A DNA stretch of 64,000 nt, taken from contig CM120642.1 in NCBI GenBank assembly GCA_051362555.1, positions 18,104,001 through 18,168,000 on the forward strand. The letters run 5' to 3'. This DNA comes from Lingula anatina. Its lineage: Eukaryota > Animalia > Brachiopoda. Of the stretch, positions 52,601 to 64,000 are shown piece after piece. The first letter of the stretch is position 1. Each line of letters starts with the position of its first letter. The notes beneath the pieces are model-generated. The model was not told the DNA's origin, did not search any database, and saw nothing but the letters and a program-made list of their open reading frames with translations. The translations under genes were made by a program, and so were the position numbers.

Positions 52601-53225
52601 ATTGGAGTTGATTACTTTCTTTATTTAAATGTTGATTGGATGATGGGGGTCTTATGAAATATTGAAGGCAAAGAGAATGTAGAAACACGTGGCAGAAATA
52701 TTGTCGCTTCGTGATGCTCCATTTGTTAGGAAAAAATTAAAAGGTGCTTGAAAAAAATCATTAATAATTGAAAACACTTCCTTCTGATTTTAAGCTTAAT
52801 TTCTGATTGGCACCAGAACGCAAGAAGAAATGAAAAAAGCTTTTAATCTATGAAAAAAATCATTGAAATGTTTCAACCAAGATAGTGTAAACACAATATA
52901 TTAGAAGAGGTTCGATATCATGAATGATTTATTTATGAATCATGCTTTTAATGTCACTAGCTCTGATCAAGTGAACAATTCATCAGCAATTAAATTGACT
53001 TACAGTGCTCAAAATTGGTGTCGTTTTTATGTAATGTAAAAGGAAATATATTTCACCAACAAATATTATTTTTTATTGGTGACAAGTGCCCAAACAAACA
53101 CAAATTACTAAAGAGTTGCCGTAATGTTATATTTTTGTGCACTTTAATAAATGATCATATTTTCGAAGTTCTGCAATGTGTGTTGGGTGCCTTAGTACTT
53201 TAACGACACAAATATGTTAAAGGTG

Positions 53226-53231
53226 CGTGTG

Positions 53232-53263
<32 letters not shown>

Positions 53264-53269
53264 CACACA
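53226..53269. repeat. (CA)n microsatellite
   Basis: Direct inspection. Confidence 0.9.
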
Positions 53270-56200
53270 TTCCCGAACTTTGTAGGCGATAGTTATAAAA
53301 TATAGCCTCCAATAAATTCAGTAAATATATAAAAGTGAGGAAATTAGCGACCGCTGCACATAGATTAACCCTTAATTTAACTCCGGAGATTAAATTTATG
53401 CTATCGTCAACATCCAATTAATGAAAAGATACAGGTTAAACCAATGGAAAGGAAGATGGAAAATTTAATTTCCGATATTTTTTTCATAGGGATTTTCCTA
53501 CAGTTGGCAGAGTAGACTCTACTTTGACAACTTTGAACTGCACAATACTATTGACCCTTGACTCTTTACACCTGTTACTTTGCTTAAAAGTTGTTATACA
53601 TGAAGTCCGGCATAATGAAAAGCTTGAAAAAATTACTTGCTCATTTTACGTTTACAAACCTTTGATTTCCGTGTCTTTTTTAATGTCAAAACCAACATTT
53701 AATTGAATTGTGAATTTAATGGGTGCATCAGAGGCAGCATTGTTGAAATCTCCAAGGTCTCTTTTCCGAGTCCTTGATTCACCATTTTATGTAATATAAA
53801 CGACGGCCTCAGCGATGACTTGAAAATCGTGCCGCCTTTATAATCAGCCACACCTTCTGTGATTAACTGGTACATGTGCAAGTAAAACTAGAAATGATGA
53901 AGTTTGCAATTAGTCTAAGTGCACAAAAAAAAAAAAAAAGCTTAATTTATTAATGTATTCTGTCTGGGTGTTAACATTTAAATTTAGAATGGGGGGGGGG
54001 GGGAGTGAAACAATTTATGCAATCAAATTGCGGGGCAAGTGGCTCCGTCAATAACGTCGCAACTTTTTAAAAAACGTATTATAAAAATCATTTCATTTGG
54101 CAGGCTGTGAAAAACAAACGGATTGATTTAGCAATCGAGGGCCAAATATCAAAATCAACTGAAAATCTTATACAAAGAAACTGCATTTACTTGTAGAGAA
54201 ACAACGTTGCTTTTTCACATATTTAGAACAGATATTTTCCAGTCATAAATTCGTAAAGCAACATTTTCTGTTAAACGTCAAAATGACGCCACTCAGGTAC
54301 ACCCTCATACAGCGTGTGAACTTGACTAGGATGCAAAACACTGAAACACTATCTCCCGGTCCTCATATAACCTGGGGACACAATCTTTCCAATCAAACAT
54401 GCCTGACTGTGCCGCGGCGTTACTTAAGGGACCCCAGAGGAAACAAGGGGCAGACTTAGGTGTAACATGCCTTAAGATATATGCAGGAGAAACGTTCCGC
54501 CGTGACGGGCTATTGTCATTAGGAAAAAAGGTGCATTGGCCTAATGCTATTGAAAAGACGTTCGTCTAAGATTGACTTTTGCACAGGGGGCCAAACCAAC
54601 GCAGATTTTACCCCGAAGAAATAGAACCCCGAATAAATCCGCTGCACAAGGACTTCCTTTAAAAACGCCGGGCGTATTCAAGCCGAGGAAAGAGAGTTAT
54701 TGGAAAATATATACAAAGTATCATCGAAGAGTAATCTGCCAAATATCAACACGCCACAGCCAACTTCCCTGAAGGAATAAAACAGACAATTTCACTTTGT
54801 AAATTCTGTTAATTCCATTGTGGCCACAGAAAGTGACTTTCTAGTGTTTCACTCCGTTCTATATGATGGAGCTCTTATGTTGATACAAGGGTTTCTGCTT
54901 TCTGTTTCATTACTGAATTGATATATATTGTCCAAGGGTGCGGATGTTTCCTTAAAATAATTTCCTGATTTGTGTCAATATGGGTTAACACTTACCGGGC
55001 CACTCGTCTGTGAAATATAATGCATTTCTCTTGGCAAACACTGCGTAGGGGAGTGCGGAAGTGATTCAGAGAGACAGAAAGTGAGAAGAGGTGAAAGGGT
55101 TTAATGCCATTTCCATTTCATTGTGTGAAAAGGTAATGATCGTGTGTATTTTGGAAATAAAAGCGGTTTGACAAAAGTAGGATGCACTTCACAAAAGAGT
55201 TATAGCAGTCTGGTTTATATCTGCGGCGCTTTCCGAATCCTGAGATACGTTAAAAAGTTGACACAGAATTTGATTAAACAAAACTCATACTCAGGTAATA
55301 TTCCTTATACCTTAATCGGCAGATTCCAAATTTGATCTCAAATTATTGTAATAATTCTCTTAACAGTGAGATTAGTTCAGATAATACACAAAGAAAACGT
55401 CTGTTTCCATTTATATTATTTCCATTTCTGGGCCAGTGAAGCGGCCAAATGTTTGATAGCGTCGCCCGATTAGGACACGTGCAACTCTGTCGATTAGACG
55501 GCACAAACAAAAATAAAATTAAATTTATCAAACCATCGGGTCATCGGGGCATAAAAACAAGGAAAGCGATACTTTTTGTTTTATAATGTGTTTTCTGAGC
55601 AACTGGTCGCTCGAGAGAAAGCGACGTTTTGTGTTTACACAAAATCGAATCGAAAGTGTGAGCCGAAGGTGGGGACACAATGGAAGCAGCAATGGCGGCA
55701 TTCAGGCGAAAGAACAGGAGCGTGCCAAAGCGAGTAGACAAATCCCAAGAATGATCGGATCCGACCGAGTGGAAAGTCACCAACTTTACGGACGTAATCG
55801 AGACTGATACTACAAATAAGTTTTCCGCTCAAGCGTTCATGCATAAATAATTCAAACGGTCGCCGATGGAGAGTGGCTGAATAGTAACGTTTTTGTATTC
55901 ACCTTTCTGCTCAGACACTTCCTCGTGTGCGTGTGCACTATCAAATAGTCAGTTTAATGAGCCTGTATGTATTTCCTTAACTGTACTAGTAAGCCCTAAA
56001 ATGTTTGCCTATGGATTATAAAAGCGACTTTGTTAGGGAACCTTGTCGGTAATAATATTTAACCAAGCTTAGGTAAATACTCTATGTGAGAAACAAAAGA
56101 TATTCGCTGTTTTCTAGACATTTGCAGATCATTTCCGTAAGTCCTGACCTTTGTAGTTATGGAACAGCAACTTTCTCTAACTTTCCTGGTAGGAAATTTG

Positions 56201-58657
56201 ATTTGTTAGATATTCTTTTCAATGATGCTTTGAAAGAACACTGAAAGTGCATACAATACTGACAGGGTTTTCATATAAGACCAGAGCATCAAGAAAACAT
56301 GTATAATCAGTTAATTCTGCCAACAAAGGGTGCATTGAAATATGCGTCTTCACTCTGGAGAAGAATCATTTACAACATCTGAAAATATTATTTGTTTGTT
56401 AATATAATCTACGACAGAACACATTTGTGCTTTGATATTATATAAATCTAGCTATATTACATGTCACTGTAAGTATTATACATGAAAACACCAGCCCGGG
56501 GAGTATGGGGGGGGGGGGGATGCAGAGAATTATATATATATATAATGAATACAAGCATTTTCTTCATCTCCTTCACAATAATCAATTGATAAGAGAAGAA
56601 AAAAAAAACATTTGTGCTTTTATTAACCATTCCCGATTCTCCCCCTCTCTCACTTTGATGTCCCAGATTAATAGTTAATATAAATATGTGTATATCTTTT
56701 ACTTTACAGAGTTATATAATGCTATAGCACAAATAACTAAAATGTAAAATTCGAGCTTATTGGTTCAGCTATTTACAGACTCCCATTCCTTGATACCAGA
56801 GAACATGTTAATGCTACACTTACAATATCACGACAAAAGCGAAATAAAATTTGCAAGGTCTTAAATAATATGGGACACCACTTCTTTCATTCGGGTTGAG
56901 AAGCTGAGAAGCCATATTTCTGCAGAATAAGGTCTTGCAATTAAGCACTTGTTTGGATTTTCGGCAGAATATTAGGTCTTTGGAATGATTATTTCTCCGT
57001 GGAAGATTTGTATTAATCTAAGTGTACTAAAGCGACTCTGAATGTAATTCAGGTACATCATTCGTATCAAAAGAAAACATTCGTATTAAAAGAAAACGAA
57101 CCAAAAGAAATGTTATCAAATTGAGGATAAAAAAAAACACATACTGTTTACTAAAATAGATTGTTTTGCACTTAATATAATATAATATAATCACAGTGTG
57201 ATTTTTTGGACATATATCCTGATGATAATGATAGATGTTGGTAAATGTGCACTTAAGAAATTGGGGAATTTAAATTGCAGGCAGACCCGAAGATCACACT
57301 CTGAAGTAATCTTGTTTCTAAACATGCTTTTGTCTGTCATTTTTTTCAAAAAGTCGATGATTTTCTAGCACCTTGATCTGAAACAAAAGAGTAGTTTCAG
57401 ACTTAAAACGTGTTTAAACACTTGTCTCTAACGTTATTAGGCTGAAAACGACCAGTAGAGCCTAATAACAATAGGCCTGCTGCTTGAGTGCTTCTGCCTT
57501 TGAAAGATTCGGTGTCCATAATTAATTAGACCTCTTGCAAAAATTAAACCCAATAAGCAAAAGTAATTTCACATCAAGTCCGACGTAACGAAAATGCAAT
57601 AATGCAGTTTGGAAAAATACAGGTGTATATGATAATGTATATGCCAGTATTACCATTTATTATTATACCTGCCATTTAGCACTTAGTCGCACCTAGACTG
57701 CTTGCATTTTATACCGTAACAATAGACATCTAATAGACTAAGAACAATAGAAGAGATCGGATGATTGTAGTAGAAAATAACCCCAGTTTGTTTTTTTGTC
57801 GAGCGGAAATTAATTATAGTGGAAAGCAATTAGAGACAAAGCGCAAGGCCTAACAGGTGCGCTACAGGGCTACGAGAAAATTCACAAACGGCTTTTCTTG
57901 GTGTTAACGCTCAACCCCAGAATCAGAGTTTCTTTTATTTCTGTGTCAAAAGTATTTTTACATGAGGCAATACTTAATGTACTACATAAAATAATACAAA
58001 AATTTAGTCACTGTTTGTTATTTGGAGTACTTCTAACAGAATAATTGTTAAAGCATGAAAAGGAATACATTTTATAGCGAACGGAAAATAATGATGCTCT
58101 CACATACACATAAAGTAACATGATGCATCGGTTTGTAATATAAGACTAAACAACTCATCAATATTTAATTAATGTTGGATTAATATTTAGGAAATGGGTT
58201 AACTTTTACACGCAATACCCAGTACTAAAACATCGACATTATAACTTTTGAGAAAATATATATATATATATATAAATTCGAATTGATCGTAATGAGGAGA
58301 ACTGTTAATCAGACCCCCCAAATAAATAAATAAATAAATAAATCCAAAATCGTAATTAGCATGATAAATCCACCCTTTTTTTCATTGCACCCATGCCATG
58401 GACAGTGCAATGTGTAGGCGAACTTTTGACAGACCGCGTCCATGATTCACCGCGCTTTCTTGACTAATCGATCGTATGTTGTTGCAGGATGGCTGAAACA
58501 AATCATCCTATTCGCAGCCAAGGAGCGTTGCAATGGAACAAATTCAGGGCTTCCTGAAGCGGCACTTGACCCTATACCTTCTCTCTCACACAGCATCCTT
58601 AAGTCTTCCGCCAGACTCCTGATGACTAAGAAGGAAGCCAGTGATAGACCCCCCTCC

Positions 58658-58683
58658 AAAAAAAAAAAAAAAAAAAAAAAAAA

Positions 58684-58714
<31 letters not shown>

Positions 58715-58715
58715 A
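58658..58715. repeat. poly-A plus (AAAT)n
   Basis: Direct inspection. Confidence 0.9.
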
Positions 58716-61700
58716 CAAAATAAAAAGAAATTATAGATAAAAAACTACTTGGCCATGTACTCATCATAAACATCAGCTTTTTAGTGCGGAGGACAAACAA
58801 CTCATCGCGTCGATTGCCATGTAGGGAAGATATAGCAAATGAAGTTCTAAAAGAATGACAGTGTCAATAATGTAAACGACGACGTTGGCACATTAAAGGG
58901 TTAGAACGTGACGTTTTACTGGAGCTAAAATGTTAAACTGTTGTCCAAGGTGCTGTATCAAAAACCTATCTCTCTTGACTATCGATTCTCTTTCTTTTCA
59001 GGTGAAATTCTGTTTTTTACAAGGCGGTGAATTATATACCAATGCATCTGACGACGAGAATATTTTTTGATGATAAAAAAAACGATAATTCCAGCAAACA
59101 ATGAATACCAAAAATAACATCAGTGGAACAAAGATGAAGGCAATCAACACGTGAATAAATAATTTCAAATGCTAGTCTTTACAAAGAGAAACTACTGTCT
59201 ATTGTATTTCAATATCCATATAACAATGTTGCAACTGTTATTCACTAAACTGTATGCATTTTAGACATGAGTATCGGATCACTATACATTACATTTTTGT
59301 ATTTTGAGATTCAAAGATAGGATTAGAAGGGGGTATTACACTGTAGCACTCTTTGTAGTGAAATGAAACCTTGGGAAATTGTTTACTGTTTTTATTTCAT
59401 GTGCAAATATTAATTCATGTAGTACACGAGGTGCTTGAATGCCAAATAACACCTCCCCCCAAGAAAAATTGTTGTCACTGGTATTGTTTAAGATTGATGA
59501 TCGGGATCGGTTTTGCCCTAGAAACGCCTTTACTGGGTTTTAAGCACCATTATAAATTAGGCCCGAATGGTTCACAACATTGAATAATTGATACGCAGCC
59601 TTACTATATTAAACATGCTCTTAGAGTGACTATTATTCATCTAATTTCACGAACAATGCCGTAAATAGCTAAATTAAGTGAAAAACTGCATTAACTTGGT
59701 TTCGCTCTTTCTATAATTGAAAGAGGATTTGTCCCCGATCAAGCTGGTTACATATAAGATGGATGGAACCGGAGATGCGGTGTTAATTTTACTGGCGTAT
59801 TTTGCGTGCACTGCAGCAAAGTGAAGCAGCTTGGACTGAATGATAATAATCAATTGGCCAGATACAGCAGGTCCTTTTAGCTATTAAACACAACTTCGAC
59901 CTCACTTGTATCTTTCTTTTTTTTATCTTGTGAGTTTATGGATAGAACCTTTCATTCTCCGAGTAGGCCCTACTAGAGAAGTTACTATGGGCGCGTCGGA
60001 GGCATTTCCGCCTGAAAAATATGAAAACCTGGATAACTGAATAAATCCGTTCAAAATGATCATTCGTAGGCTACATGTGCACTGTACCGGGTACAGTATA
60101 TGCTTTGTTTTGAAATACACTGTACTTTTGCGTCCATTTGCCCTTCCCACACGAAGCCCTTTAATTATAGACACTGATGATGTTGTTGTGTAACGTAATT
60201 GATTAAGAGCGTCCACGTCCACGCAACTTTGTCACCTTATTCTGATAATGTGTGTAGCAAGCGGTCGAGCCTTGCAATATTGACAAAGGTATTACGTAAA
60301 ACTACACGAAGATAACACGCCGTAGATCACGTCATCGCGAGAAACGCTGAGCGTGTGCGTAATAGCTGACAGCGGGGCCCGGTGGCCTTTTTGACAAAGG
60401 TCCAGTTTTAACAAGATAAGGACCAGTGTTGGACACGCTCATTATCCGCGAACAAGAAAATGTCGTCAGTTGGATGAGTTTGACAAGCAAGTGTCTGTTT
60501 AATGACAAAGAAAAATGAGCGCATAAAGGATGTTCTATTTTGTTAACAGTGTCCTGGGATTATAAAGAACCGGGTATAAGTAACGCCTTGACAAGACAAT
60601 ATTGCAAATAAATTGTGCTTCTTCACTGTTCGAAATTCGGCCACCTATTGGCAAGATCGGTCTCAGTTTAAATATTCTATTATTTCGTAATATTCAAGAC
60701 AAAGGCTGTAAAATTCCATCATGAATTGAAAAATTCATTTGTACATTTTCAAAAATTAGACGAATAAATGACGTTGAATTGCAAAATATTGCATATCCGC
60801 ATTTGGCTTATATGTTAGTTGCAGTGGCATTTATTTTGACAACAATGTGTATTAGGCCGCTAAATAACCTCTGGTAATGACAAAAAAGACGAAGCAATGG
60901 GGAAGTAAGTGCGACAGACAAAGGTATTTTTTTCAAAGATAGCAATTCTATCACAGAATGTGATAAACCGTCAAATTTGGATCTATTGTAATTTCAGATA
61001 CATGGTATCATTTGATTGAAGCACTTTTTCTCCATAAAGCACTTTTGATATATATGCATTGTAATTCCGGGAATTGCTCGACTTAAAAGTATAACCTTTA
61101 GCATCTAAAGTTTCTTTAATTTAATCATTTAAATCCTTTATCGACTTGCCCCCGGAAAGAAAATCGTTTGGCGTTCCTCTAACCTTAGGTCTTAATGCTA
61201 ACCGACGTCCATGTCTCACTGCCTTTATCTCAGTAGATAATCTCAGCGACTCATTCATATCTTGGTAGTTTTTAGCTGGGGATTAGATATGAAATAGACA
61301 CAGCATTTAGCGAATTATGCCTCAGAATTCCCTGGACGGCTTTTGATTTAATTACGTGCTTATGCCTATCCGTATTCTGCTTATATTCAATTTTCAAAAT
61401 TGGGTCGTAATACGTTTGTATTGACTTCTATTCCTCGAGGACGACTGGCTATTGTATGTCATGTTACTGCACAGTTGCTACTGTAGGCCGCGGTTAACGA
61501 ACGTTGCTTACATACACTATATCGCGGATTTCACGGATATGCGAATTAATCTACATACATAGTGCCTCGCTTGTTGGATCCTTGTTTTACATATACAAGG
61601 CGATTTTGCACTGTAAAAGATGTTTCAACTCTGACAGGAATTCGAAAAGTAAATAAATTAAATTTGAGAAAAATTATAAATAAATCGCCTCACTCTTAAC

Positions 61701-64000
61701 AACATATGTTAGGATATTTGTGATATTTCCTGTTAATGCGTTTTCATCGAGAGAAAGATTGATTAAGACGAGTAAACAGATTTCTAAAGCCACAAAAAGT
61801 TTCTCAGTTATACAGTGAAATGCCCAAAAACAAAAATAAATATTAAAAAAACCCTCTTAAAAATGTAGAAATGATATTTCGAACACGGGCCTTTTAAACC
61901 TACTCAGCGATAATAGTCATAGTTGATTATATGTCAGGTGTAAGTTAATTAATTTAATGCAGGTAAGTTTTGTCAAAACAATATTTTTTTGCAATGGAGG
62001 AATATTTACAGTTCATTGGCGAGTTAATATTCAAATTAATTAAAAATCAACGGTGACAATAGGACAGGAGGCACATCATGTTAAAAATATTATTAGTTGC
62101 TGCTATGAAGAAAGGGCACAATGCATTTTACCTCCTCTTGTTCAGCCGCCAAGAGAATTGTAAAAAGTGGACAGTCTCAATGATATTTCTGTTTTTCAGC
62201 TATAAAAATTAACTGATATTTATTAGCCACTCCATTCCAATCCTAAGGGAAAGTGAAGGGGGGGGGGGAGGGGGGGAGCAGAGGCGGGGGGGGGGGGGGG
62301 GGGGGGTCACCAAACAGCACACCTGAGGGGTGATAGGCTGCAATACCTACCACAGCCCTCATTTCCCCGATGAAGTCTGACTGCCAGCAGACGAACTATT
62401 GGCTGGTAAATATCAGTTCAGTTATTTTTTCTAAAGATATTGACAAATGAAACTTTATGGCCATTTCAAACACATAGCTTATGAAACTGTTCAACAATAA
62501 CACCCCTGTTTTTTCAATTCGCCATTAGCTCTTACTTAAGGTGGTTGTAGTTGACGCGTTGACTTCTTAGACAAAAATAAGCGGAGAAGTATAATTGCTT
62601 TAGAGGATAGCGTGTTCAAATTTCATATATGTTCGCTATGATGTTTATGTTTATTTTGGAAAGCTTGTTTTCTGAAACAGTCACATTATGTTTTTATATG
62701 TCGTGACTTTGAATGTTGATCACGCCATCATGGTTTCAGTTTAAAAGATTACCAAGCAGTAAAAATAAGAGGCACATGCACGTCTGCTCGAACATCTGGG
62801 TCTCTTCAGATGCAGCATCAAATATCAACTTCTTTCATTTCTTTATATTAAGAAGGAAAAACACACGAACACGTGTACCTTAAATATGATCTTTACTTAG
62901 TCTAAGGTTTAATCGTATCAAATACAGACAGGTAATTTGTCTGCGAGCTGAATACCGACACTAAATTTGCGAGTTTGTTTTTCTGATATGGAATAATATT
63001 AGCTACAATAAATTGAAAACAAACAAACAAACAAAAAAAAACGATAAAAGATAAAGAAAGAAAGAAAGAAGCAACGCGTGCAATTCAGCTGTTTTGTTTT
63101 TAATGTAGATCTAAAATACCATGGAGTCACATTGTTTTATTTCATTCTGAACAGATGTACTGTAGAATGGTTCATCTCTGAATTGACATCAACAGTGGAT
63201 AACTGTATACAAAAACTACTATCTGGTGAAGATACATGGCGAGTTAGAATTTTATCATAAGAAATACAACTGTGGATTTGGGACTTGATAATATACTGCT
63301 TCTTATCATTATTCTTCGAGCATTTTAACGGTAATGTATGAAGACATAGATACAATATATGGCGTCGTCATACATGTACAACAGGGTAATTGCTAAACAG
63401 GGCAATTGTGTATTAAATAGCCATCTTGCGACAGTGTTAAAACATCTTAAAAGCAGCAGCATATGGATATAAATATCGCGATTTGGTCTAAAATGAAGCG
63501 GGGTTTAGAGGAGAGCGTTATCAGAAATAATGGCAAACTTACACGTGCAAAATGAAAACAAAAATAAATGACATTAGACAGTTTGAATAAAACAATATCC
63601 AGAAACAGTGGTCGTTTATCTGTATTTAAGTCTATTGTTTTTTAATCGGTGAAATATGTTGTTGTACAAGAAACTGTCAACGTTTGCTTCTTCACTTAGT
63701 TTTCCATTCTGTAAAGAAGAATTTCATTTGCACGAATTAATTGTGAGAGGTATTGAATTAAGTATGAAAGGAATTGAATTTCCCAGCATTACAGACTACA
63801 TTTGTCTAAGAATGTTTTGATCTACATCCATTGATTGATAAATTTTGATTCACACACTGCACCCGTGTTAAACATGCATTGCTTTAAGGAGCAGAGTATT
63901 CGAGAAAGAGAGAGTGAGAGAGAGAGAAGGGGGGATGAATCAGGTGAAACATAGCTTCTCTTTTGGTTGTAACTGTATATCTCTTTTAACTTCTAGCTGC

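Noticed and set aside
55541-55844. Overlapping ORFs in a GC-rich patch
   Set aside because: No homology recognisable and no flanking splice sites identified.
26000-64000. Search by eye for homeobox exons and conserved bilaterian miRNAs
   Set aside because: No WFQNRR-type coding sequence or known mature miRNA noticed. A manual search is not exhaustive.

Overview
This is AT-rich animal (eukaryotic) genomic DNA, most likely from a marine invertebrate; the taxon cannot be fixed from the sequence. Three protein-coding genes are supported, all between about 11.5 and 25 kb. One is a 481-aa coiled-coil protein of unknown family with an intronless CDS. The other two are a tail-to-tail pair of two-exon OHCU decarboxylase genes (URAD/PRHOXNB). 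The + copy is canonical, with His67, Ser84, Glu87 and a PTS1 (AKL). The - copy has an intact ORF, the same intron position and a PTS1 (SKL), but the catalytic His is replaced by Leu and Ser84 by Cys. This candidate peroxisomal pseudoenzyme or neofunctionalised paralogue is the strongest finding. The first ~7 kb is CpG-depleted and holds a deleted Gypsy LTR element interrupted by a young 977-bp foldback element, plus a Harbinger-type MITE. A decayed Tc1 element is nested in the intron of the second URAD. From 26 to 64 kb there is no credible CDS, only MITEs, tandem repeats and several CpG-rich enhancer-like motif clusters. Because URAD is the classic ParaHox-cluster neighbour, this desert may be ParaHox (Cdx-side) regulatory DNA, but that is inference: no homeobox is visible in the window.
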